Part shown: piece after piece, positions 1-11,466 of the stretch | Numbering within the stretch: position 1 is the first letter of the stretch | Layout: each line of letters starts with the position of its first letter | From: Antedon mediterranea | Lineage: Eukaryota; Animalia; Echinodermata | NCBI RefSeq assembly: GCF_964355755.1 | Contig: NC_092671.1 | Span: 8,556,001 to 8,620,000, forward strand | Direction of reading: 5' to 3' | Length of the DNA stretch: 64,000 nt | The notes under the pieces: generated by a model | What the model was told of the DNA's origin: nothing | What the model saw: only the letters and a program-made list of their open reading frames with translations | The model's database searches: none | Position numbers and translations under genes: made by a program

Positions 1-204
1 GGGCCCCCGGTGGGGGTGCAGGGGGCGAAGCCCCCGGAAGCAACGCGTTCTAGCGTCATTTGAGGTCATTTTAATCAGATTTAGGGTAGCCATTTTTTCC
101 ATTTTTTATAATGCATAAATAAAATACTGCGTGCAAAAAAACGATGCGCGATGACTGTTTCAATCCATATTTTTCAATTTAAAAAATAAAAGTTCAAAGA
201 AAAT

Positions 205-456
205 TTAGAAAAATAGAGTTGGAGGTCCCGGAAATTGGACTTATTATACTTCAAAACATGAAACAAAATATATAAGTCCCTATCATGGTTGTGACTGAGC
301 TAAGAAATGTTTGAAAAATAGAGATGTTAGGTCCCGGAAAATGCACTTCTTGTACTTCGAAATATGACCAGCTTTATTATTGGGGCTGAGCTAAGAAACT
401 GTTTAAAACTAGAGCTGCAGGTCTTCAAAAAATTGCATTTTATACTTTGGAAACAT
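205..456. repeat. Three diverged ~95-105 bp tandem units inside the element
   Basis: AAAATAGAG..AGGTCCCGGAAA..GCAC/GGAC..TACTT recurs near 209, 315 and 406. Confidence 0.6.
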
Positions 457-800
457 CAGGCCTAGAGGCTTAAAAAAGCAAGCGTAGACCTTTTCAGTCG
501 GGGAAATAAATTTATTCCTCCCAAGTGTATGCGTGCGTACCACCATCTGGACTTCCGAGTGGTGAGAAATTCATGACATACATGACATTGAAAATGTAAT
601 AACTTAGCTATAATAAGATGTTGGCTAAGCGAAAATGGCATGTTTTTTTGTTTAGTAATGGATGAAAAATTTATTTTAGATGCCCCACGGTAGAGAAGGT
701 TACTTGTAAATTAAAAAATTGGTGAACATACGAACAATTAACATAATTCGTTTTTGCTGTAGTGTAGCGTACGTCGACGCAGTACACGACGTAACCGTCA

Positions 801-1436
801 GTAAACTTCGCCTGGAAAATAACTACAGTACACATTTTTGGTCCCTGGATGGAACATGATATCACGCGTCTCGACCCAACGTTGAACGATTCGTACAAAG
901 GGATACCGCCAGACAAGTGCGAACCTAGCTATTGTTTAGTAGTAAGTTAGATCGCTGGCAATAATGGATGCATAGAAAGTGCATAATATCACTCTGACGT
1001 ACTCTCACAGTCAATGAAACGTCGCGGTTTTCTAGGCGCTGAAGCTAGCTACGAAGTAAACGCGAACGCTTTTTACTGTATAATTATTATATTCCCCGAC
1101 AAAAAGTACCCGTGTTCCCTTCGGTAACCTTCGCCTGGAAAATAACTACATTACACATTTTGGTCCCTGGATGGAACTTGATATCACGCGTCTCGACCCA
1201 ACGTTGAACGATTCGTACAAAGGGATACCGCCAGACAAGTGCGAACTAACTATTGTTTAGTAGTAAGTTAGATCGCTGGCAATAATGAATGCATATAAAG
1301 TGCATAATATCACTCTGACGTACTCTCACGGTCAATGAAACGTCGCGGTTTTCTAGGCGCTGAAGCTAGCTACGAAGTGAACGCGAACGCTTTTTACTGT
1401 ATATTATATTCCCCGACAAAAAGTACCCGTGTTCCC
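801..1436. repeat. Near-identical ~320-bp tandem duplication (801-1119 / 1124-1436)
   Basis: GTAA(A/C)CTTCGCCTGGAAAATAACTAC...AAAAAGTACCCGTGTTCCC occurs twice with only scattered substitutions and small indels. Confidence 0.95.
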
Positions 1437-1794
1437 CGACGGGGGGGCTAGGCTCCCCGACGAGGGGGCTAGAGCCCCCTTAGCCCCCCCGCTGGCGCCA
1501 CCACTGGTTTGAATAACGTTTTAATGTTAACTGTGTATCTGAAAAAAGATAAATTATTGTAATCATTTTCAAATGAAAATATTTAATACACACACAGTAT
1601 TTTATTAAGAGCAAATAAAATATAGAAATAGGCCTAAATCATTTAAATGGAAACAAAAAAAACTATCTAACTACAGATCTAGACCTCGGTTAATAGGGCC
1701 GGGCCACTCCTACTGCGCCTCCTCATCGTATATGAGGCCTCCTCATCAGGTACAATGCACATGGCATGGATTTTGGCCCTACTTTAGTATACGA

Positions 1795-1985
1795 AGTACA
1801 GTACTGTACTACTACTACTAGAGGCCTAGTACTAGCTAGTAGCCCTAACTAACTAGGCTACATATAGGCCCTACTACAGCTCACTCAGACAGTAGTACTA
1901 CTACTACTGTACTAGGCTAGGCCTACTGTACTACACAGTACTATGACTAAGCCTACTCTCTCTACTGCTAGGGCTAGGCCTAGAT
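1795..1985. repeat. TAG/CTA/TAGGCCTA/TACTGTA low-complexity tract
   Basis: Built almost entirely from TACTA, TAGGCCTA, TAGCTAG and TACTGTA words. Confidence 0.8.
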
Positions 1986-2687
1986 AAAAGGGGCATTTTA
2001 ACACTAGCGAGCCTACGTGAGATAGGATGAATGTAGAAATCATTTACATTAACAGAATGTGCCTTTTTTGCCTCACTTAATGAATTAAAAACGAGTTGTT
2101 AAAATACTGCTTCGACATCATGTTGTTTTTCAGTACGGGCGAAAGAGGGCGTCATATATCTTGTATGGAACGCCATCGATGTATTTATGAATGCAAGGGC
2201 TACAAAACGCACAATCTCTTGTGTTTGTCTTTTGCCTGACTATACGAATAAAAAGTGTTTACTTTGTAACATTTTGGGCGGTAAGAGACACTGTATGCTG
2301 ATTTCAGATTGGTGCAAATCGTTTTCTTACATTTATTCATGTTTACCGAGATATTCTTTGATGATACAACAACTACATTATATTTAAAACAAGTATATCT
2401 ACTGTGTAAAAGTGAAGCAGCCTATGTCAATATACTAGCGACTTCATTTTTAAAAAGATTGAAAAATAATAGGTTCTGTAAAACTTAACATGCAATAAAA
2501 ATAATCAAATGTAATGTACTGTACAGTATACATCATTCTGCAATACATTGCTGATCTCCTACAGCAAAATGTACCACTGAGATGGTTTATTTCTCATTTA
2601 GAAATTCAACAAAATAAATGGAAACACTATACTACTATTATTATGTCATAGTAGGAAGACATTACCTATGATGATCCCTTTTTGTTA

Positions 2688-4317
2688 TCATTCTTTTTTT
2701 ATCTTAGCCGCCCACCAATCAATGTTATGTTTACTTTTCTTGTGTGTTTTTAGACTGACCTTATGATTAAAAGTTTGTTTACAAATATCACATTCATATG
2801 GCTTTTCCCCAGTGTGAATGCGCATATGTTTTCGTTGATTAGACCTCTGCGCAAACCTTTTCTTACATACGTGACACTCATACTTTTTTAACGTTGCATG
2901 TGAGTTCTTATGTATTACAAGTCGACTCTTTGAATAAGTCTTTCCACAGATCTCACACACATATCTTTCATGGGTCAACTGGTGCTGAGCAAGAGCTAAC
3001 TGAGATGGGTAAGATTTTGAACATGTGTCGCAGGAAAAGTTTTTTTCCAATATCTTGTTTACGTGTATATCCATATGATTCTGGAATTGAGGTATATCCC
3101 GAAACAAAGAAGAGCACTCGACGCACTTGTATAAAAATTGTCCACTAAACTTGTCATGTTTGTGTAATAAATGAGTATCAGCTGCAATGCATGTCTTAAA
3201 CTGTTCATCGCAATGTGAACATTTATACGGCAAATGTTTTCCCAAGTGACTATGATTTTCATGAAGTTTCAGATCAGCTTCAATATGAAACTTTTTCTGA
3301 CAGAGTTTGCATTTAAATATCACTCCAGCTTTTTCGTTCTCATGTCTTAATTTATGATAACCAAAATCAGTAGCACCATATATTCGATGGTTACATTCAA
3401 AGCATCTATACATTGATTTTACAACTAACATATTGTATTTTACAATTCTACCACTGCTGTTTACTCGAGCAAATACAGTTGGACGACATACTAAAATAAC
3501 TGAATTTTTATTGTCCTCAATGGTTTTAGCAGACTTTTCGTCTGTTTGATTGGTATCATCTTTTACACTGTTATTAGATGCCTTTTCATTGCCATCATTT
3601 TCATTAGAGCCATCAAGATTTTTAATATCATTTTTGTTGGTGTTAACATGTACTTCATTGCTACCAGTATTAACTTGATTTTCATTTTCTTTGGAAATTG
3701 TTTCATCAGTGCCAGTGGTAGTGTTAAGATGTACCTTGTTGGATGAAGGTTTATCAGTTTCAGGATTTTCTTGGTCTTCATTTACTAGATGGCATGAATG
3801 ATTCATGAGATCACTTTTCTTACAAAAGCTTTGATCACAGCAGAAGCAGCCATATTCATATTGTACTTTGCCAACACTATCTTCTGGATTTTTCAGATCT
3901 GAAGCCTTATTCGACACTTCTGGTTCAGAATCACTTACTTCTTTAGGTTCACCACCACCACGCTCGTCTTTAGGTTCACCACCACGCTCTTCTTTAGGTT
4001 CACTATCACTATCCTCTGGATAATCACAATCTGAGATCTGATCTGGTTCATAATCACTCTCTTCTTTATTGCATCTTAGCCTGTGAGTTTTAAATTCTGC
4101 TAAACTTATTAAAACTTTACCGCAAGCACAATTGTAATATTCTTCTTCGCTTTCTTCATCCATACTCTCATCATCATCTTCTTCACTTTCTCTATACATA
4201 CTCTCATCATCAAATATTTCAGCAATTGTTCCCCTGCTCTCCTTTTCGAAAATCTGTTTCCTTCTTCCCTGTTTGTGATAACTAGGCCTATTACTGTCAT
4301 CATCATCAGAAAAGAAG
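2688..4317 (-). CDS. C2H2 zinc-finger protein, coding exon 2 of 2 (gene 5362->2688, 589 aa)
   Basis: Lies in the 550-aa ORF 2688..4340. Acidic N-terminal part, two atypical C2HC-like motifs and about 8 C-terminal C2H2 fingers including the HTGEKPYEC linker. Acceptor ttttcacag at 4318-4326, with phase 2 matching exon 1. Confidence 0.92.
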
Positions 4318-4429
4318 CTGTGAAAACAAATGACCAACATTTATTTATTCTTCTAAATTTAAAATAAGGTTATTTCACTGACAACATAGAGAAATATAAA
4401 CTTTGTTTTGGAATATTTCTTTTAAACAA

Positions 4430-4856
4430 CGCCGTTGCTAAAGATACGGTACCGTATCCATGCTTTTAAAAACTAAAGATACGGTAATTATAGAGGGCGC
4501 TTCCGTTTGCTAAAAGTACGGTAAAATTGCATTCCTAAAACTCGTACCTAAATATAAAACTCGTTCCTAAATATAAAACTCCTTCCTAAATATTAAACTC
4601 CTTCCTAAATATTAAAAACCTAACCCTCTAAATAAACTAAAAAAAAAAAAAAAAAAAAGACGTCAAGAAGAGTATCGAACCCCCAACCCCTTAAGCCAAA
4701 GCCTCATCACATGCCCACTAGGCTACACAGCTGGCTTGCAGTAAACCAATGCAATAACCTATTTGATTAACATCCACATTACATAGCGCCCTCTATAATT
4801 ACCGTACCTTTAGTTTTTAAAAGTATGGATACGGTACCGTATCTTTAGACATAACG
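4430..4856. mobile_element. 427-bp non-autonomous DNA transposon (MITE) with 9-bp TSD, Mutator/MULE-like, in the zinc-finger intron
   Basis: TSD TTTAAACAA at 4421-4429 and 4857-4865. ~64-bp inverted repeats (CTAAAGATACGGTACCGTATCC...TAGAGGGCGCT) at about 4438-4501 and 4785-4848. Internal 19-bp tandem repeats at about 4537-4614. A 9-bp TSD is typical of MULEs. Confidence 0.85.
4639..4732 (-). ncRNA. tRNA-like Pol III unit (A box, B box, T20 terminator) inside the MITE
   Basis: On the minus strand: A box TAGCCTAGTGG (4725-4715), B box GGTTCGATACT (4682-4672) at tRNA-like spacing, then a run of 20 T (4658-4639). No convincing acceptor stem, so it is not called a tRNA. Confidence 0.5.
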
Positions 4857-4998
4857 TTTAAACAATCAATACAATACTAGGAACAAAAGTAAGACTCCGC
4901 TAAATAAAGACTGCTACTACACATTAGGACGATAACATAAACAACAATTTTTCTTAAATAAACAAAGGAAATTCGGTAGAAAAATTGTCATTCTATAA

Positions 4999-5186
4999 CT
5001 AGCCTAGCTAGGCCTAGGCCTAGGCCCTTAGGCCTTGCTAGCTCTCTTCTGGCTAGCCTAATAGTATCTAGTAAGGAGGCTAGCTAATAAGCTAGTCTAT
5101 AGTAGGCCTAACTAGGCCTATCTATGCCTAGGCCTAGCTAGGCCTGGTAGCCTAGGCCTACTAGGCCTAGCCTAGGCCTAGGCCTA
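4999..5186. repeat. TAGGCCTA/TAGCTAG low-complexity tract at the start of zinc-finger intron 1
   Basis: Dense CTAGGCCTAG and GCTAGC words. Confidence 0.85.
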
Positions 5187-5222
5187 TATTATGATGATGG
5201 TGGTAGTAAATAGCATAATTAC

Positions 5223-5362
5223 GTGGCTGTTAGCTCATCTGGTATCTCTTTTTTTATTTCTGCGCCTTGAAATGTGAACAGGTTTTCACCCATGTCGACA
5301 TCTTCAAATTCCAATATTTCATCTTTTAAATCCTTGTCAACTTTTCGTGCTACGGAAGCCAT
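5223..5362 (-). CDS. C2H2 zinc-finger protein, coding exon 1 (MASVARKVDKDLKDEILEFEDVDMGENLFTFQGAEIKKEIPDELTAT)
   Basis: Open frame from the ATG at 5362 to the donor CAC|gtaatt. 140 nt, phase 2, joins exon 2 in frame (AC+C = Thr). Confidence 0.8.
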
Positions 5363-5459
5363 CTTTCATGAATGTTGAATGTTTTGTAGAGATTGGAGAT
5401 TGCATGCAGAGAGAGCTAGAGATCGAGCAAAGAATTGATAAGTTCTTTTTGATGATGAG

Positions 5460-5510
5460 AGAGGGCGCCATAAGAGAGCCATGTCTGGAACGCCATCGGT
5501 GTATTTATGA
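5460..5510. promoter_or_regulatory. Putative promoter module of the zinc-finger gene (AGAGGGCGCCAT...TGGAACGCCATCGGTGTATTTATGA)
   Basis: About 100-150 bp upstream of the ATG. A near-identical copy lies at 2144-2190. A CCAAT box is nearby at about 5655. Confidence 0.45.
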
Positions 5511-6199
5511 GAATGTACGAATTGCATTTTCAGGACGCTGTACCTGTATAATTGTTGAGAAAAGTGTGTGTGAGAGGAGATCAATAACACAACATCAGTG
5601 ATTGATTGATTGTTTATGTCGTTCCGTCTCTAGCTAGCAAAACGGACATTATGGCCAATCAAGAACTTAAAATCGACGCTTTATTCTAGTAGCCTACATC
5701 AATTTTATAGTATTTAAAAGAATATTTTTTGTGCAAATATCTAAACGTTACAAAACACAAACTTATAATTAATTTACTCATTTCATGCTTAATTATTACC
5801 AATCCAACAATTTGGCAACCAAAACTGTATTAATTTTTTTTGCACACCTTTTACATGATTTTGATTATGAATTTCTGCCCAATTTAGTAGGCCTATTTCT
5901 AGTTCTAGTTCTAGTACTGAGAATCGGCGGCGGACAGGATACACTTTTTCAAGGAGGTTTGAAATTTGAAATGGCGGTGTATTCGATAGAAAAATGCGTA
6001 CGTCTAATCCCAGAATTAAAATTGTTTTCTGTAAAAAGGGTCGGATTATGTCAATCTTTCTACACACATAGCCTACATAGTTGTTTCATCATGGGTTTGT
6101 ATTATACAAACTTATGATGGTTATCTATAGGCAAAAATAAACTTTGCAGCTAACTGAAATAAATTTTTTTTTGTAAGTATAAGTATTTTGTTTATATAA

Positions 6200-6602
6200 G
6201 TATAATAAGTTTTTGTATAAATGTATGAATTCCCGTTTCAATTGTAATTTTATCTCCTTGTTTTCCTTTCATGTTAAAGCTGTTGGTTGTCGTACTCGTA
6301 ATTCCAAATGTAATCTTCTTTATGTGCCGTATTGTCGTGTTAATGTTACCAAGAATGGATTTATTTCACGTATTTGTCTTCTTTTTAATAATTGTGTTGT
6401 TAAAGATAATTCTATTGATCTCTTTTTTGACCGTTATAATTGTTTTTGTAATAAAATTAGTAAAATTGTATAAATTTGTATTGCTAGATTTTAAGATTTA
6501 TATATATTTTTATATGGTATAGTTTATTCCATTCTGTAAGGGGCGGGTTTCCCGCTGTTGAATGAGTTTGAATAAAATAAAATAAAAATAAATAAAATAA
6601 AT
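6200..6602 (+). mobile_element. 5'-truncated LINE 3' end (CR1/L2/Jockey-group-like) with (AAAAT)n tail
   Basis: ORF 6213..6473 (YKCMNS..C..F.V...RTRNS..LLYVPYCRVN..KN.FISR....FN...IDLF) resembles the ORF2 C-terminus of these clades and ends in an (AAAAT)n tail at 6570-6601. Its 3' motif TTCCCGCTGTTG..ATGAGTT recurs reversed at about 15290-15316. Confidence 0.65.
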
Positions 6603-7301
6603 ATACCTATATCGATCAATCAATATTAATAAGATTTATTTATTTTATTTGTTAACCGTTTAAGAAACTGATCCGTGCCACCTAAAAGCTACCAAAACCA
6701 GAACAAAACCCCCACGTTTAGCAGCGATTTAAGGCCCCTGGGTTTTTACAAAAAAATGGCCTCGTCTATTATACAGGTAGGCCTAATCTAAAATGTCAAA
6801 AAACTGTCCATGAAATTAACGGATCTTCCAACAACACCAGACTTTACTTGAGGTCAAATCTCTCAAATTCACTTTTAACCACTAAACACATTGGAATCTA
6901 ACCAGAATTTTCCAGAAATAATTGACTAGCCAATTGTGTCCCGTATGGTGGGAAAGATAGAGAAAGAGTAATGCGTTACAAAAATAGTACAGAAAAGAAA
7001 GATATTCAATATCTATTTGATATCATTTTTATAATTGTTATTAAACCTATATTCGTCACAAAGGTACTAATTGGACTTAAGTATATCTACTGTAGCAAAC
7101 CGCCAATAGCGTCAACCTTACAATTCAGTTTTGTGTTCTCATTGTTCACTCTGAAGACCCATTGAATAAAATAGCTCTCCGTGAAGCATTCAAACAATTC
7201 ACTGGACCGTTTTTTGAAGAAGCTATAATATACACAAGTTTTATTCTAATGATTTGTAGTTGAAAGATATTGTGTATTGACAAGTTTAGCTACTAAAATA
7301 A

Positions 7302-7395
7302 ATGGAGCAACCGAAACTACTTCGGTATTCGAAAATTTTGAAACCGGGACGAGAATTTTCCGGAAAGACTTTTCTGGTAACTGGGGCGAATACAG
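7302..7395 (+). CDS. RDH12-like short-chain dehydrogenase/reductase, exon 1 of 7 (gene 7302-13339, 330 aa)
   Basis: MEQPKLLRYSKILKPGREFSGKTFLVTGANT(G), donor G|gtact. First half of the Rossmann TGxxxGIG motif. Confidence 0.88.
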
Positions 7396-7495
7396 GTACT
7401 TTTACACATATTTGTTTTTATTGAGCGAGTTTGGTACTTCTTTTATTTAGAGCACTGTTTTAGAAATTTTTAAAACCACATTGATTATTATCCAT

Positions 7496-7620
7496 CAGGG
7501 CCGTAGCCAGCATGAGGCAGACGAGGCGCTCGCCTTGTCTGTAATTTTCATATTTTATATTAATACTTTTATTTAAATCATCTTTGTCTCGTCTGTTTTT
7601 AACCTCTCGCTACGGCCTTA
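7496..7620. mobile_element. ~125-bp hAT-like MITE
   Basis: Ends CAGGGCCGTAGC and GCTACGGCCTTA, flanked by TATCCAT on both sides (7489-7495, 7621-7627). Confidence 0.7.
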
Positions 7621-8167
7621 TATCCATTGTTGTATTATACCATTCAATCAATCCATCTATCTTTTTGTCAATATTTTCAAGTATTGCTGTTATGTTTAAA
7701 CTAAGTTAATTAATTATATTGGTACTTGAAACTTAGAAGACGCAGCACTGATATAATTTTGCACAGGTGGAGGTAGTAAAACTGATAAATACACTTTGAC
7801 ATCATGTTCTGAATCGAGAATAAGTTTTCAATATGCCGTTATAAATAAGGAATACATTTTCAATAAAGACCTTTCAATGATCATGTGAAATTCTACATAA
7901 AAATCTCAAGTGATCCAGCAAATAATCGATTTTAAGGAAGGGTGCATTGCATGGGTACCAACAGTAAGTTGCCCCGAAAGATACCAATGTAGTCCTACAT
8001 GAGCCTCGGCATCATTAGATAATCCATGGACAATCTACGTCTATCTGTCCCTACTAGGTTTCTGTCCATGGTATAGAATAGTATCCCCCTTGATCTGTCA
8101 GTCTCATAGTTCACACTTCAACACTTACTTGTTTCTAATGCATGCCGTGATTAAGATAAAACACGAC

Positions 8168-8357
8168 TTTTACCAAGGAAGAGCGAAATCACTCTTCCTT
8201 GGTTTTCCCAGGGACTGGTTTTACCAAGGAAGAGTGATTTCACTCTTTCCTGGTTTTACCAAGGACTGGTTTTACCAAGGAAGAGTGATTTCACTCTTCC
8301 CTGGTTTTACAAGGGACTGGTTTTACCAAGAAAGAGTGATACCACTCTGGTTTTACA
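8168..8357. repeat. 51-bp minisatellite (~3.7 copies) with an internal hairpin
   Basis: Units start at 8168, 8219, 8270 and 8321. Each contains the inverted repeat CCAAGGAAGAGTGA-NN-TCACTCTTCCYTGG. Confidence 0.9.
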
Positions 8358-9134
8358 TAAGGAAACAAACGACCGTCGGACAATCTAATTATTAGTGACC
8401 GATAAAGTTGTTGCAGTCGAGATCCGTGTCTGTTTTAAAATTGCACACAAAAAAAAGAGACAGAATATAACATAACAGACGAAAAACAAGCCGATGATCC
8501 ATCGGCATTTAACGTATTTATCATAAAATACCATTTTCACAAAAGAAAAACAAAACAAAACAAAAATTACAACCCGTTTATTTTGTCATACCAATTTTAT
8601 TTTTGACGGGGTAAGGGCAATGACTTTATAACAACACCCTTGGCGTTCTACTCTATTGAACACCCTCTTGGTGATTTGATCAAAGAACGGATTGTTTAAA
8701 GAACCGTTCAATGACCTGGTCAATAGTCCAGCATGATCAATTAAATGTTTCGTCTTTTTTCTCATCTTTCTATTATAAAGTAATTGAAATTAGATGACCC
8801 TAATTGTGCATACTCTCAAGTATTGATTTCTGTGACGTAGTTTTAAAGGGGTTTTCATGACATTTTGACCATACCGATAATAAAACTCCAGGATTGGGCG
8901 TATTTTGTAATGGTTGATTACGCGTTCCGATCCTCAAACTGCTCGCAAAAGAGCTCTAAGAGGAGTCCTAGATGGTCGGTGGAGAGAGGTGGGGGAGATA
9001 GCTTTAAATCTTCTGCCAAACATGTTCTATCCTACTTTGTGTGAACCTCTTTTCATCGTTTACATAATTAAATACAAAATACCCAGAGCAAAATATTTGC
9101 TTATGCATAATATGTCTTTTAATGTACTTTTTAG

Positions 9135-9220
9135 GAATAGGATATGCAGCGGCAAAACTATTCGCAAGCAAAGGAGCAGAAGTTATTATGGTATGCAGGA
9201 TTCGGGTCAAAGCCCTACTG
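9135..9220 (+). CDS. SDR exon 2
   Basis: tttttag|GIGYAAAKLFASKGAEVIMVCRIRVKALL|gtaagt; completes TGANTGIG. Confidence 0.92.
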
Positions 9221-11261
9221 GTAAGTAACTTGCATGACGCCGAGCCTAGTCCAACAGTCAACAACTATTCACACTATTGAAATAGAATTATATCATGGTA
9301 ATGTAGACAATCCTTGCCATAGATTAAATGTAATCTTATCATTTCCGTAAGTGGAAAACTTTACTTTCTTTCACGAACATTAATAATGGAAGATACTCAA
9401 CAACAAAAATGTCCAACAAAATTACCAAAGAGATGCATTCCATTGATTGAATATACTGTTTATACATACTATTGTATTTAATAATAAAATAAATCATTTT
9501 ATTGTGCACATAGCTACTAATAACACAAAGCATACAAACTTCGCAATGACTTTCACACACAACATTGCCATTATGTGTACCTCCTATGATGCAGAACCAC
9601 AAAGCAGACGTGATAGGCAACATCAGACAATACATTTGCAGAAATGATAATCTTTAAAGCTCCAATGGATATTTCTGGGTCCTGCATGCTTGACATGGTG
9701 GAACAATTCAATTCAATAACACTTTATTATCCCAAACTGGGAAATTCATTTGGTTGTGCAATACAAAGATATGCTAAAATACGTTTTAAAAAAGGCACAC
9801 AAAAATACAAGCACAAAAAATCATTGTAAACATTTATAATATGTTAAAATACACTAGTGAGAAACAAATAGCACACCAATAAAATTCTAAAAGAAGCCTA
9901 TAAATGTTATTAAAAAATACACAAGGTTAAAAAAAACTTATAGGGTGTGTTCACACGCACAACCTTTTTGTATTCTGGACAACCTAGCAATATTTTGGGT
10001 TCAATCTTTGAATATAATTATCTAGAACTTAAAGTTTACCAAAGTAGTTTAATGACACTTAACTAAAGGTTGAGAGCCTTCGAGGCTATTGGTATTGAAT
10101 TCATTGACCTGAATGGTGAATGTCGGTTAAGTAAGCACGGTCCTTTATTAACTATAATCGAAACTATTTTAAGCCCTGTCTAATATGCCATTTGAGGTAC
10201 ATCATTGTCAGTTTTAAAGTATATCCCCAGTGTTATTGCCACTTGTGTTTGATCAAATTAGTGTGTAAAGCAATGTATAAATTGCGGAATGTAAAAGAAT
10301 ACAAGTAAAGAACAACTTCCACCTCAATGAGCAAAACCAGTGGATTTTCATATTTCATTTAATACGAATTCATTGCATCGCTTTCCATTTCCTGTCTTCT
10401 GTCAATTGTAAATATTATTTTATGGATATAAAAAGAGAAATTCGGAAACGTTGTCTTGTTTCATTTGTTGTTGGTAGAGGCCTACGACGTCAAACCAGTA
10501 AAGTGAAAACATCGACCATTGCTCTTGATTTGACCCATTCAACCCTCAACGCCTTACCTCTTGTTGTAACCCTCAACACCTAAGTTTATTTTACTATTCA
10601 AAAGATTAGGGCCACAATTACCGGCGTTTGAATCTCTTTCTTCCTTTAGAGGTTATTGCCCCATACTAGTTTAAAACTTGTTCCTTTTTCGTTTGTTACC
10701 TATGGTTTAAATAGTACATACAGTTTAAGGGAAAACAAACACAGAAAACCCTGAATGAGAAAAACACACTTAGGGCCCAGTGGCTTATTTGCAACATTGA
10801 ATTGCGTGTTTAATCAAAATCAGGGATCCCTGATCAAAATTAAATATAGTTTTTGTCCAACGAGCCTGATGCAGTTACTATGACACCAATACAAATGCAA
10901 TCCCACATTAGAACCTCTACTTTGAGACATCCCTATTTGGCGGACACCATATTAATTAGTTTTCCCGTGGAGGGAAACACTAACACTAACATTTTTTTTT
11001 TCTTTCTTTTTTCTTATTTATATGGTGTTTGATAATTTTGTAATATCACGAAAAACAATCAATGTGGATTGAACGAGTTGTACTGTTCCACCAGTCTCGT
11101 GAATAAATAAAGTTTTTATTATATACGAATTCCTAGAACACCCCTATTAAAAGGGACAGTTTGTTTGGTCCCCCAGAACAAGTTCTTTAAATTAAAAGTT
11201 GTATAGGCTAACTGATACAAATATTTATATTTATTTCTTTATCGGGGTTCCTCACATACAG

Positions 11262-11466
11262 GCAGCTGAACAAATAAGATCTGAATATGAATACGAGCGA
11301 CGGAAAGATAGTGACGCAATGCCAACTGAAGATCTCAAACTTACCCCGATGGATCTCGATTTAAGTTCACTTGATTCTGCGTTGACGTTCATCAACAAAT
11401 TCAAACAAAATTATACCAAGCTGGACGTTATGATCCTGAATGCGGGAATTGCAGGCGTTAAAAAGA
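11262..11466 (+). CDS. SDR exon 3
   Basis: cag|AAEQIR...LDLSSLDS...KLDVMILNAGIAGVKK|gtaagt; contains the LDLS and NAG motifs. Confidence 0.92.

Larger units (their letters stand above)
1..1506. mobile_element. Right part of a non-autonomous hAT-like DNA transposon; left end lies outside the window
   Basis: GC-rich GGGGGTGCAGGGGGCGAAGCCCCCGG at 12-37. G/C-tract subterminal blocks at 1435-1490 end in GCTGGCGCCACCACTG (reverse complement CAGTGGTGGCGCCAGC, a CAG.. hAT-like terminus), then the sequence returns abruptly to AT-rich. Only one end is visible, so TIR and TSD cannot be confirmed. Confidence 0.55.

Noticed and set aside
1713-1755. Minus-strand CTGATGA with a hairpin (possible hammerhead)
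   Set aside because: The GAAA half of the core is missing.
2894-4306. Short ORFs overlapping the zinc-finger exon
   Set aside because: Shadow or alternative frames of the zinc-finger coding sequence.
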